DNA of 64,000 nucleotides from Balanoglossus misakiensis (lineage: Eukaryota > Animalia > Hemichordata). Location: positions 10,312,461-10,376,460 of the forward strand of contig CM082596.2 in NCBI GenBank assembly GCA_040954595.2, read 5' to 3'. The notes below the pieces were generated by a model. The model made no database searches. It saw only the letters and a list, made by a program, of their open reading frames with translations, and was not told where the DNA came from. Position 1 is the stretch's first letter. The number at the start of each line of letters is the position of its first letter. Below, piece after piece: positions 52,104 to 64,000 of this stretch. The translations under genes and the position numbers were made by a program.

Positions 52104-53031
52104 TAGCCGGGAGACCAGGGCGTCGATCTAAAATACAACGCTCGGGGACAGTCGAGCAAGTCCTGCTGAGCTGAAAGATAGTAGTCTTGGCAACGATCGA
52201 GGTCGCTTAGTAACAAATGGATAACGAGTGATCTATCAAATGTTGACGGGCGCCAGTGGTTGGATGATATAATTAAAGGCACGTAAGCTGTAACTGGATA
52301 AAAAATTAAAGTTTTAAATAATCTCATATATGCTTTTAATTATGTCTATTAAATGCTATTTCATGATAATATATCAAGCTCAACACTTATTTATGACAAA
52401 ATGGCCAAAAATTAAAGAAAAACGAAAATTCCTGCAATTTAAAAAAAAGCGCAATATTGCAATGAAAAATGAAAATCTGATGTCTCAGTGGTGTACATTT
52501 ACTTCCATGAGCTCAAGTGGATGAGATCATGTTTTGTTTATGAAGTTTCACAACCGGAAATGCAACATTTTCATTGTTTCTTGCATTTTCCCACGGTGGC
52601 GGCCATAATCGCTTGCGGCAAAGCTTTATTATTTATCTGGTTAAAACTTGCATATGCACTCATACTTAGGGTTTATAATGCTTGTGTATTGTTCACTACC
52701 TTCATCTGTATGGACTAATGGTAGTGCAGTTTGAAACAAAAATTATGAAAATTATCCCAAAAGTTACACCTTACGTGCCTTTAACAAAGCTTGGTTATGA
52801 ATATTCATACACCTTCAAAACCACTCCCACATCCCATCGCGGGAATTTCACACATGACTCCACCTCTATTTCCTTATTTAGAAGGCGACGATGTCATGTG
52901 GTTAACATTGAGTGACCAATTAGCTTACACGCAAGATTTACCACACGTGTCGTTCTACGAACAGAATTCTGTTCGTAAATAGAGACTGTCCCCGGGCGTT
53001 TCTTTTCCCCGACGCCCTGGTCTCCAGGCTA
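52104..53031. mobile_element. Non-autonomous DNA transposon with TAG...CTA ends and a 9-bp TSD (AcademH-like or MULE-like)
   Basis: The TIRs are TAGCCGGGAGACCAGGGCGTCG and CGACGCCCTGGTCTCCAGGCTA. TGACAATCT flanks both sides (52095-52103 and 53032-53040). Confidence 0.88.
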
Positions 53032-53343
53032 TGACAATCTCGCTGATAGGCGCAGCTGGAATTTATGTTTCTGTGGTATGATTATTGTATTTTATCAATG
53101 CACAATCACGATGGGCGAGTTTCAAGCAAGCAATTGGATTCGCTTCAATCCCTCACTAAAATCTAGACTGCACCACTGTATAATAACACAATACAGTCTT
53201 CTAGCCTCATGGTATAAACAGGAACTCTTGTCTGCTGGACATCCGGGTACTTTGGTCTACTGAGTGAACGCGTTACGTATAGAGGTAGCGCAAAGTGAAA
53301 ACCTATTTAAGGCAGCCACAACAATCAGTGTTGACGTACATAC

Positions 53344-53447
53344 AATCTGACTAAAATCGCAGTTGGTATGACGACAGCATACTAATAATACTGTACCACA
53401 TAAGTAAAAGACGTCGTCGTACCATACATCTGATTTTATTCAGATTA
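53344..53447. repeat. ~105-bp foldback mini-element, related to 53708-53817
   Basis: AATCTGACTAAAATC...GGTATGACGAC pairs with GTCGTCGTACC...GATTTTATTCAGATT. Confidence 0.65.
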
Positions 53448-53464
53448 CTGCATATTTGCATATA

Positions 53465-53671
53465 CTGTGAAACAAGTTATTTTCGCGAGCAATACATTTT
53501 CGCGAGATACGTGAGAGCCAAAATGGTATGAAAATAAGAGGTCGCATAATTATTTTTGAAGATAACGATGCAGTGAATGAAATAAGAGAACGCGAAAATT
53601 AATACTCGCGAAACAGTAGCCTCTCTCGATATCGTGAAAATTTCAACTCGCTAAAATAAAGTGTTTTACAG
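53465..53671. mobile_element. TA-flanked MITE
   Basis: TA|CTGTGAAACAAGTTATTTTCGCGAG ... CTCGCTAAAATAAAGTGTTTTACAG|TA, with internal CGCGAAAAT repeats. Confidence 0.75.
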
Positions 53672-53707
53672 TAGTTTATGTATGTAAATTGTTCCTGATG
53701 TTAACAC

Positions 53708-53817
53708 AATCTGATTAAAATCAGATGTAGGCCTAGGGAATGGCGACGTAGTTTTTTGATGCTGCGACAGCATAAAAAACACGTCGCCGTTCCCTACATC
53801 TGATTTTAATCAGATTA
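53708..53817. repeat. ~110-bp foldback mini-element
   Basis: AATCTGATTAAAATCAGATGTAGG ... CCTACATCTGATTTTAATCAGATT forms a perfect terminal stem. Confidence 0.75.
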
Positions 53818-53930
53818 GCGTTAACATAACTTTATCAGAATAAGTTAACGCCATAACTTTGACAGAATAAGAGTTGCCTCAAACGGCTCTAACCGATTTT
53901 CCATTAATAGCAGAACAAACAAGCTGTAAT

Positions 53931-55898
53931 CAATACGCCAACCTTTAAAATATTACTTTAGAAAGTTTGTATTCATACTTTCTTCAAGTTGTCATAACGC
54001 TAACCCGAAATGTGTTTTAGTATTGCCTTTGTATTAATGGGCTAGATTCATGGCGTTATATGTCATAAATTAAAAAGACAACCCTTATTGTTTTTGATAA
54101 TATTTATGTCGGAGAATCCACAATGAAAAATATGTATTTTCAATTTCATAACTCAAAATAATTTCCAAATCCATGACCTTATTTTCAACTCCAGTGATCG
54201 TACATCCTGAACCTTGTGCCAGTAAATGATTGGTCATTACAGGGTTAATGGGCACTCTCCCGTTCTCTTCCTCCGCAGTTTCATTCATGTTCTTGTTTGA
54301 CGGAAATGGGTGTGACCAGACGCTTGAATGTTTTCATGTGGGTTGAGTTGTTCATCGGGAACGGCCTCCTGGTGTGTCTGTACAGGTACGCAAGGAGAAA
54401 CTGCCCACAAGAAGCTGCGAGTGAAACTATTTAAGGTAGTATGTGCCTCGCGGTCCGAGATTCAGACAAATGATAGTCCTCAAAACTTTTTCAAGTAATT
54501 GATTTACTAAAGTGTGTGGTGAGTCTCTTTGAAAACAACAACAATATTACTCATCATATTGTAATTTTTTGAAACTATAAAATGAAGTTGACAATGCACC
54601 AAACAGATTCTATTTATTTCTTCATGACCATGTTCACCCCAAGGTCATATGGACCTGCAAGTATATGCCAGAGCCAGAGACGACATTACCGAAGCCAGAG
54701 TTTAAAGCTTACAGGTCACCCCTTGCCAGCTCATGACTAGCTAAACTGCCATGGATGCCAAGAGATATATGACTACGGTAACCTGTAGATGGTTTCAGTA
54801 TGTTTGAAGAAAGTGGTGGCGCACTTTTGGCTACATTTGAAATGGCTATGGTACCAGTGGTTGAATTTGCAAAGGTGACCTTTGACCTGGCATCTTTAAA
54901 GATATTAAAGAACGATTTACCATTCCTTGTTGTCGTAAAATGACATCTGTAATAACTTATATTTTATCTGTTCATCTTGAAGTACTATATATTTAAACGC
55001 CAATTTTCCATTGCCAATCAAGTTTTTACAAATAAATTGTAATATGCATGTTGATTTTACAAAAACTCCTTACTTCCAAGTGAATTCTGTTACACATCAC
55101 GTAACTATTTTCCCCACGAATTCTTCAGTTGCTAACTCGGAAATTTCATATATTGGGCAGAAATTGGATACATTACCCAGCCATTAAAATTACAGTTTTC
55201 TATTTTAATTGATCGTCCATAACTTCAAGTACTTTGACTTGACATACATTAAAAACATCATGGTGAATAAATAAAAATTATTTGATTATCTAATTGTGCA
55301 TGTTTACATGGTTTTATTTTAGTATGCTGGGTACTTAATGTCTAATGGCTCGCTGATTTTATACTGTTCAAGATGACAATCTAATTTTAGTTTTCAGCTG
55401 ATAATTGAAATCAATGATTCAAAAAAATTGAATTTTGACATGAATAAACTTCTTGTTCATGGCAGTTGCTGTGTTTTGTTTCATTTGTATTCAATTTTTG
55501 CAAGCATACCATTGAGCACAGTTTGATTTGATTAAACACGTTTATCGGAAAATTTTGTCATTTGAAATATCTGTTTTTGCGCCCTCTACCATTTGACCAA
55601 ATGATTCTCTTATTTTGGTGGCCTTTGTCTGTGTATATGAGAATACTATAGTACTCTCGCATCGATCATAGTAGAAGTTGAAAACGTCTCTTGCCACGTG
55701 GCCTGGAAGAAAGGCGATCTTTAGAGTAAAAAAAACAAACTATCCAGATAGGAAGCTAGAAAAGAAGTTGAATCGTTGAAATTTTATTTATTTTATATTG
55801 TTAATATCGTTGGTGATGTTGACTGGCCGACAATCTTTGTCACACGAGTCTTTTCAGGCAGATTAAAACATTGCCTATTCCAGCAATAATCACAACAG
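53931..55898 (+). repeat. ~1.97-kb direct repeat, copy 2
   Basis: Near-identical to 37188-39155. Confidence 0.95.
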
Positions 55899-56883
55899 GA
55901 GTGTGTCACACAGGAGACAGTTGGGATTATAGTCATAATCTACCTTAGTTTGTTGTCAACAACCAGATGTGGTCGCATTCCGTGCATCCGTGCATATTTT
56001 GGAACAACGACTCTATCGAACAGACGTATTTCAAACACCTTGGAGAAAAACATCGATGACCAGTGGAATTGACTGTCGCTTGAAATCCGATAGGAATACA
56101 CCTGTTTACGGTGGACGATACCGACACTCCTCTGCTAACTTAATCTGCTCTGCTAACTATACCTGCTTTGATTAAGTTGCGTCTAAAACTTTCCTTACAA
56201 TACAATGTGGGTCTCGACTGTCGGTCCCAACTATAGCGACGACAGCCTCGGTATGTTTCGCCGATAGCAATCCGGAGATGAAATTTGCATACAGCAATAT
56301 CTTTCAAGATAAATAATTTATGTCCTAAAGGTATTACTTTTAGTGGTCTGACGGAGACGTTTTCTGCTGTAACATGCAAAACCTGCGGCGGACCTGAGGT
56401 CATGTTGCGAACACTGTAGTTTTGTTACGCCCGCCATCCTTCGGACGTTTACCTCATCGGGGCTTCTTTGGGGAATCAGCCACGTCCGAAGGGTGAGAGT
56501 GTAAATTCTCTCCCTCTCCTTCTCCACCCAACATATTCATAGAGTCAGAGAGAGGTACCCGGCATATCGTAAACTTAACGAGAGGCATAACGAGACTTTC
56601 AACAAGTTTTCCGAGTAACACAAATAGTTCTGGTTTATTACTGGTCACACGTAAGAATTACACGACTCTATCCATGCTCGTTGACTCCCGTCACGGATCT
56701 CCGGTGATAATAATGTGATATCAAATTTCATCACCTCTTATTAATACGTTAGTCAAGTATTATGTCATAAAAGGAACACGTCATCTTAATATTTCTTAAA
56801 CATGAACTTAGCGCGTGATATCTCTATCTCGTTCTGACATGTATCAATTACACAATCTTGTTTACTCTGAGTGAAGTACCTAT

Positions 56884-59800
56884 TTTTTTTGATGATTTTC
56901 ACCGGTTTTTTTTTCAAAAATCGACGAACCCATGATTTTTTTCAAAATCGACGAAATTTTGAGATTTTGCAGTCGAAAATTTGTCATTTTGTTGATTTTC
57001 ACCCATGTTTTTTTTAAACAATCGACGAACCCATGATTTTTTTGTCATTTTTTGATGATTTTCACCCATGATTTTTCTCAAAAATCGACGAAATTTTGAG
57101 ATTTTGCAGTCGAAAATTTGTCATTTTTCGATGATTTTCATCCATGTTTTTTTTCAAAAATCGACGAAATTTTGAGATTTTGCAAAGTCGAAAATTTGTC
57201 ATTTTTTGATGATTTTCACCCATGATTTTTCTCAAAAATCGACGAAATTTTGAGATTTTGCAAAGTCGAAAATTTGTCATTTTTTGATGATTTTCACCCA
57301 TGATTTTTTTTTTCAAAAATCGACAAAATTCCCATTTTTTGAAGATTTTCTCCCATGTTTTTTTTTCAAAAATCGACGAACCCATGATTTTTTTCAAAAT
57401 CGACGAAATTTTGAGATTTTGAAAAAAATCATGGGTTCGTTGAATTTTGAAAAAAAAACATGGATGAAAATCATCAAAAAATGACAAATTTTCGACTTTG
57501 CAAAATCTCAAAATTTCGTCGATTTTGAAAAAAAATCATGGGTTCGTCGATTTTTGAAAAAAAAAATGGGTGAAAATCATCAAAATGACCAATGTTCGAC
57601 TTTGCAAATCTCAAAATTTCGTCGATTTTTGAAAAAAAAAAATCATGGGCTATACCTCATGAAAATCATCAACAAATGTCAAATTTTCAACTTTGCGAAA
57701 TCTCAAAAAATCGTCGATTTTTGAAAAAAAAACATGGGTTCGTCGATTTTTGAAAAAAAAATCATGGGCTATAGCTCATGAAAATCATCAACAAATGTCA
57801 AATTTTCAACTTTGCGAAATCTCAAAATTTCGTCGATTTTGAAAAAAATTATGGGTTCGTCGATTTTTGAAAAAAATCATGGGTGAAAATCATCAAAAAA
57901 TGACAAATTTTCGACTTTGCAAAATCTCAAAATTTCGTCGAATTTGAAAAAAATCATGGGTTCGTCGATTTTTGAAAAAAAAACATGGGTGAAAATCATC
58001 AAAAAATTACAAATTTTCGACTGCAAAATCTCAAAATTTGGTCGATTTTTGAAAAAAATCATGGTGAAAATCATCAAAAAATGACAAATTTTTGATTTTG
58101 CAAAATCTCAAAATTTCGTCGATTTTGAAAAAAATTATGGGTTCGTCGATTTTTGAAAAAAAACATGGTTGAATTTTCGACTTTGCAAAATCTCAAAATT
58201 TCGTCGATTTTGAAAAAAATCATGGGTTCGTTGATTTTTTAAAAAAACATGGGTGAAAATCATCAAAAATTTACAAATTTTCGACTGCAAAATTTCAAAA
58301 TTTCGTCGATTTTGAAAAAAAATCATGGGTTCGTTGATTTTTGTAAAAAAATCATGGGTGAAAATCATCAAAAAATGACAAATTTTCGATTTTCCAAATC
58401 TCAAAAGTTCGTCGATTTTGAAAAAAAATCATGGGTTCGTCGATTGTTTAAAAAAAACATTTTTGAAAAAAATCATGGTTGAAAATCATCAAAAAATGAC
58501 AAATTTTCGACTGCAAAATCTCAAAATTTTGTCGATTTTGAAAAAAGTATGGGTTCGTCGATTTTTAAAAAAAATCATGGGTGAAAATCATCAAAAAATG
58601 ACAAATTTTCGACTTTGCAAGAACTTCGAGATTTTCGTCGATTTTTGAAAAAAAAAATCGTGGGGGGGGGGGGAAATCATAAAAAAATGACAAATTTTCG
58701 ACTTTGCAAAATCTCAAAATATCGTCGATTTTGGAAAAAAAAAACATGGGTTCGTCGAAAAAAAAACATGGGTGAAAATCATCAAAAAATGACAAATTTT
58801 CGACTTTGCAAAATCTCAAAAGTCCGTCGATTTTGAAAAAAAATATGGGTGAAAATCTTCAAAAAATGACAAAGTTTCGACTTTGCAAAATCTCAAAATT
58901 TCATCGATTTCTGAAAAAAATCATAGGGGAAAATCATCAAAAAATGACAAATTTTCGACTGCACAATCTTAAAATTTCGTCAATTTTTGAAAAAAAATCA
59001 TGGGTAAAAATCATCAATAAATGAAAAATTTTCGACTTTGCAAAATCTCAAAATTTCGTCGATTTTTGAAAAAAATCATGGGTGAAAATCATCAAAAAAT
59101 GACAAATTTTCGACTTTGCAAAATTTTCAAAAATTCGTTGATTTTTGAAAAAAAAAATGGGTTATAGCTTATGAAAATCATCAACGAATGACAAATTTTC
59201 GACTTTGCAAAATCTCAAAATTTCGTCGATTTTGAAAAAAATCATGGTTTCGTCGATTTTTGAAAAAAAACATGGGTGAAAATCTTCAAAAAATGACAAA
59301 TTTTCGACTTTGCAAAAACTGAAAATTTCGTCGATTTTTGAAAAAAATAATGGGTGAAAATCATCAAAAAAGACAAAGTTTCGACTTTGCAAAATCTCAA
59401 AATTTCGTCGATTTCTGAAAAAAATCATGGGTAAAATCGTCAAAAAAATGACAGATTTTCGACAGCAAAATCTTAAAATTTCGTCAATTTTTAAAAAAAA
59501 AATCATGGTAAAAATCATCAAAAAATGACAAATTTTCGACTTTGCAAAATCTCAAAATTTCGTCAATTTTTGAAAAAAAAATCGTGGGGGGGGGGGAAAT
59601 CATCAAAAAAATGACAAATTTTCGACTTTGCAAAATTTTGAAAAATTCGTCGATTTTAAAAAAAAAACATGGGTTCGTCCATTTTTGAAAAAAAAAACAT
59701 GGGTGAAAATCATCAACAAATGACAAATGTTCAACTTTGCAAAATCTCAAAATTTCGTCGATTTTTGAAAATAAAATCGTGGGGGGAGGGAAATCATCAA

Positions 59801-60035
59801 AAAAATGACAAATTTTCGACTTTGCAAAATTTTCAAAAATTCGTCGATTTTTGAAAAAAAAAACATGGGTTCGTCCATTTTTGAAAAAAAAAACATGGGT
59901 GAAAATCGTCAACAAATGACAAATGTTCAACTTTGCAAAATCTCAAAATATTGTCGATTTTTGAAAAAAAACATGGGTTCGTCGATTTTTGAAAAAAAAA
60001 AAACATGGGTGAAAATCGTCAAAAAATGACACATT
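56884..60035. repeat. A/T-tract minisatellite (~70-100 bp variable units) with a polarity switch at ~57420
   Basis: Units such as AAAATCGACGAAATTTTGAGATTTTGCAAAGTCGAAAATTTGTCATTTTTTGATGATTTTCACCCATG run to ~57420, then appear as the reverse complement. Confidence 0.93.
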
Positions 60036-60738
60036 TTTATCGTGGCCCCTACACGTCAATTTTAATTTATTATTTTGAAAGTTAAACTTTAATTTTAGAT
60101 AGACAATATCTTTTCCCAAGAAGTAAACTTTAATTTTGGTGGCGGCAACTAATTTTGATGGACAAAACTTTTTGATTTTGACAATAAAACTTTAATTTTA
60201 ATTATCACAAATTTTATTTTAGAGAACCAAATTTTATTTTTCGAAAGCAAATTTTATTTTTTCCAAGAATAATATTTTAATAAGGATTTATTTTGTCCAA
60301 AATAAACAGTAACAACTTGAGATAAACTTATTCATACTACGTGGATTTTTTTTTCAAAAAGGTATGTTTTAATTTTTAAAGAAAAAGTTCATTTTGTAAA
60401 ATAACAAATTATTTTTCCCAGGTGAAAATATTTTACGGAGTTAAATTTTAATTTACATTTAAATAACCTTTAAACACTCGAGATAAAATTATATGTACTC
60501 GATGGAATTATTTAACTTTTTAAAACAAAATGTTTTTATTGCTTAAGAAAAAACAAATATTTACTAATGTTACAAATTATTTTTCCCGGGTGAAAAGTTT
60601 ATTTTACAGGGATCAATTTAATTTATAACACACCATGCAGCGAACCCTCGATCGTGATTCGTCAATACGACGTCACGTGACCTTAGTCATTTCGAACTGT
60701 TGCCTTGGGCATCAGTTCGATAGGTTTGGTGTGTTATA

Positions 60739-60929
60739 AAACACATGATGGCTGACATATTCGGGCAACAGTGTATTTTTAATGACCTCGGGACTGCCAG
60801 TCACACCAAAACAGTCTGTTTTCCCTCGGGCTATGCCCTCGGGAAAACAAGACTGTTTTAGTTGTGACTAGCAGCACCCTCGGTCATCAAAATACACTGT
60901 TGCCCTCATTGTCAGTCATCATGTGTATA
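60739..60929. mobile_element. Palindromic MITE inserted in the left arm of the foldback
   Basis: ACACATGATGGCTGACA...GGGCAACAGTGTATTTT pairs with AAAATACACTGTTGCCC...TGTCAGTCATCATGTGT. It is self-complementary throughout and absent from the right arm. Confidence 0.8.
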
Positions 60930-61688
60930 CTGATTTCTAGTAACACAACTTATGGGGGCGCTCTTTCTAATGCTACTGACAAACTTTTGTTATGAGGGCG
61001 CAATTCAGGTTTCGGCGTGCGAATTTCTTTTACATGCATGACAAAATATATTTTCAGAAAGCGAAATATTTTTTTCTTCGCGGCGGAAATGAAGCTATCC
61101 CACAATTCCCGTAAATGAGGACGTTACAGGAGTGCATAAATCCAACAAACACATGAGATGGCTATCTATCCACAGTGCAATGTTTACAGATTGTATCTAC
61201 TATACTACGACCCGGGCAGACAAATCCGGACAATCTCGCCGACGTATCGTAGACCTTTGAATGACGCTGTCGATCAAATTGAATACAAGATCTAGGGGAG
61301 TCGGTCCGTGGGAGAAATCGGCCAGGTGCGAACTTGGCTCGTAGGATCGTTTAAATTAAAGTCCTTTAAATTATGTTTCGTGTATGCTTCACATTTTACG
61401 TGTACAGTAAACCACAGTGCTGCTCTGTCCCTGTCCCTAGGCAGTTTGTGGAGTGACCGTGGTACAGTCGCCGCCGTTTAATCAGGACACCATGAGTTAT
61501 ATATAGCCGCTCTAGAAAACATGACCTCAGACAGGTCCCTCAGGACCGTGCCTCCAATTCAACGATCACGTAGATGGACGCGCTGCCGCTTATGAGGTCA
61601 CCGGGGAGCTTTCCAAAGTGGTCGCGTGGAGCTGCTTCAGTCCGTCCTCGACGTGAAACACCCGAAATTGGAAGGGATAGCCGGTTAA

Positions 61689-62036
61689 AGGGACAAAGTC
61701 TCTCTCTCGCTGGCCTTTTTCCATTAATTATGTTTGATACAAGACGCCGTTTATGTTATTCTACATGTGGATATATGGTGAATCAACATTCGACCACACA
61801 CAACTTCCATCTCGTTTGTAGGATATAAGAGTAAAACCTCGCCCAAAATGAATAAATTGTAAAAAACAAATATTCATTATGGCGAGTTTTTTTCACTCTC
61901 CTGTCTATAAGAGGTATGGAAGTTGTGTGTGGTTGAATGTTCATTCACTATGTATCCACATGTAGAATAACAAACGTTGTCTTTTATCAAATATAATTAA
62001 TGGCAAAAAGGGCAGCGAGAGAGAGACTTTGTCCCT
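61689..62036. mobile_element. Kolobok-like MITE with TTAA TSD (348 bp)
   Basis: TTAA|AGGGACAAAGTCTCTCTCTCGCTG ... CAGCGAGAGAGAGACTTTGTCCCT|TTAA, with long internal inverted repeats. Confidence 0.88.
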
Positions 62037-62888
62037 TTAATCGAATTTAAAGGACTTTAATTTAAACGATCCTACGAGCCAAGTTCGCACCTGGCCGATT
62101 TCTCCCACGGACCGACTCCCCTGGATCTTGTATTCGATTCGATCGACAGCGTCATTTAAAGGTCTACGATGGCGGCGAGATTGTCCGGATTTGTCTGCCC
62201 GGGTCGTAGTAGATACAATCTGTAAACATTGCACTGTGGATAGATAGCCATCTCATCTGTTTGTTGGATTTATGTACTCCTGTATCGTCCTCATGTACGG
62301 GAATTGTGGGATAGCTTCATTTCCGCCGCGAAGAATAAAATATTTTGCTTTCTGAAAATATATTTTGTCATGCATGTAAAAGAAATTCGCCCGCCGAAAC
62401 CTGAATTGCGCCCTCATGAAAAAGTTTATTAGTAGCAATAGAAAGAGCGCCCCCATAAGTTGTGTAACTAGAAATTAGATAAAAATATATTTACATCTGT
62501 AAAATAAAATTTTCACCCGCGAAAAGTAATGTTACTTAAAAAGTTTTACAAAATTAAATATTTCTTTCCGGAAATAAAATAATTCTATGTAGTATAGATA
62601 ATTTTATCTCAAGTCTTAGAAGTTTATTTTGGAAAAAAGTCTTAAAATTTTAGTCTCGGGAAAAAATAAAATTGGCTTTCGGAAATTAAACTTTTGTTCT
62701 CTAAAATAGGAGTTGTGTAAAGTAAAATTATAGTTTTACTGTCAAAATTAAAAAGTTTACTCCACTGAAATTGAAATTGTGTGCGTCAAAATTATAGTTG
62801 CCTTCACGAAAACTTTATTTTACTTTTGGGAGGAGATATTGTCTATAATTTTGAAAGTTTAACTTTCAAAATAATATTTTAGGCCTGA

Positions 62889-64000
62889 CATGATTTTCAC
62901 CCATGATTGTTTTCAAAAATCGACGAAATTTTGAGATTTTGCAAAGTCGAAAATTTGTCATTTTTTGATGATTTTCACCCATGATTTTTTTCTTTTCAAA
63001 AATCGACAAATTTTGAGATTTTGCAAAGTCGAAAATTTGTAATTTTTTGATGATTTTCATCCATGTTTTTTTTCACAATTCAACGAACCCATGATTGTTT
63101 TCAAAATCGACGAAATTTTGAGATTTTGCAAGAACCCATGATTTTTTTCAAATTCGACGAAATTTTGAGATTTTGCAAAGTCGAAAATTTGTCATTTTTT
63201 GATGATTTTCACCCATGATTTTTTGCAAAAATCGACGAACCCATGATTTTTTTTCAAAATCGACGAAATTTTGAGATTTTGCAAAGTCGAAAATTTGTCA
63301 TTTTTTGATGATTTTCATCCATGTTTTTTTTTTCAAAATTCAACGAACCCATGATTTTTTTCAAAGTCGACGAAATTTTGAGATTTTGCAAGAACCCATG
63401 ATTTTTTTCAAAATCTCAAAATTTCGTCGATTTTGAAAAAAATCATGGGTTCGTCGATTTTTGAAAAAAAACATGGGAGAAAATCTTCAAAAAATGGGAA
63501 TTTTGTCGATTTTTGAAAAAAAAAAATCATGGGTGAAAATCATCAAAAAATGACAAATTTTCGACTTTGCAAAATCTCAAAATTTCGTCGATTTTTGAGA
63601 AAAATCATGGATGAAAATCATCAAAAAATGACAAGTTTTCGACTTTGCAAAATCTCAAAATTTCATCGATTTCTGAAAAAAATCATAGGGGAAAATCATC
63701 AAAAAATGACAAATTTTCGACTGCAAAATCTTAAAATTTCGTCAATTTTTGAAAAAAATCATGGGTAAAAATCATTAATAAATGAAAAATTTTCGACTTT
63801 GCAAAATCTCAAAATTTCGTCGATTTTTGAAAAAAATCATGGGTGAAAATCATCCAAAAATGACAAATTTTCGACTTTGCAAAATTTTCAAAAATTCGTC
63901 GATTTTTGAAAAAAAAATGGGTTATAGCTTATGAAAGTCATCAACAAATGACAAATTTTCGACTGCAAAATCTTAAAATTTCGTCGATTTTTGAAAAAAA
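62889..64000. repeat. Same A/T-tract minisatellite in the right arm, with a polarity switch at ~63410
   Basis: It mirrors 56884-60035. The junction GAACCCATGATTTTTTTCAAAATCTCAA is the reverse complement of the junction at 57411-57438. Confidence 0.93.

Larger units (their letters stand above)
56884..64000. mobile_element. Giant inverted-repeat (foldback-like) structure centred near 61370-62045
   Basis: 60066-60620 is inverted relative to 62480-62878, and 60931-61371 is inverted relative to 62044-62476. The flanking minisatellites are mirrored, including their polarity switch. The right end lies outside the window. Confidence 0.75.

Noticed and set aside
37188-55898. 2-kb direct repeats as the LTRs of the gypsy element
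   Set aside because: They lack TG...CA ends, and the PBS follows a different segment (39368-40664).
57062-60029. Lys/Phe-rich ORFs
   Set aside because: They are products of the A/T-tract minisatellite.

Overview
This is a repeat-dominated, AT-rich animal genomic window. A marine invertebrate, probably a deuterostome, is inferred from the repeat types. No confident host gene is present. From left to right it holds: a 116-bp satellite (1-5420) derived from the interior of a Helentron-type non-autonomous element (HINE); a nested HINE cluster (7611-11837); an 18-kb satellite of ~190-bp monomers with higher-order repeats (14585-32670); a tRNA-derived SINE and several MITEs; and a decayed Gmr1-like Ty3/gypsy retrotransposon (5' LTR 39368-40664, tRNA-Pro PBS, gag-PR-INT-RT order, 3'-truncated). 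A giant foldback structure of at least 7 kb (56884 to window end) closes the window. The most interesting object is an apparently intact 5474-bp DNA transposon (42776-48249) inserted in the gypsy pol. It has CACTG...TAGTG ends and a 3-bp ACA target duplication whose removal restores the pol reading frame. It carries two convergent genes. One is a spliced ~894-aa CMC/RAG1-Transib-like DDE transposase that appears to lack the usual zinc-binding Cys/His residues. The other is an intronless 216-aa ORF I do not recognise. This tail-to-tail layout resembles ProtoRAG, but the partner is not RAG2-like. Family assignments come from motif recognition by eye, not from database searches.
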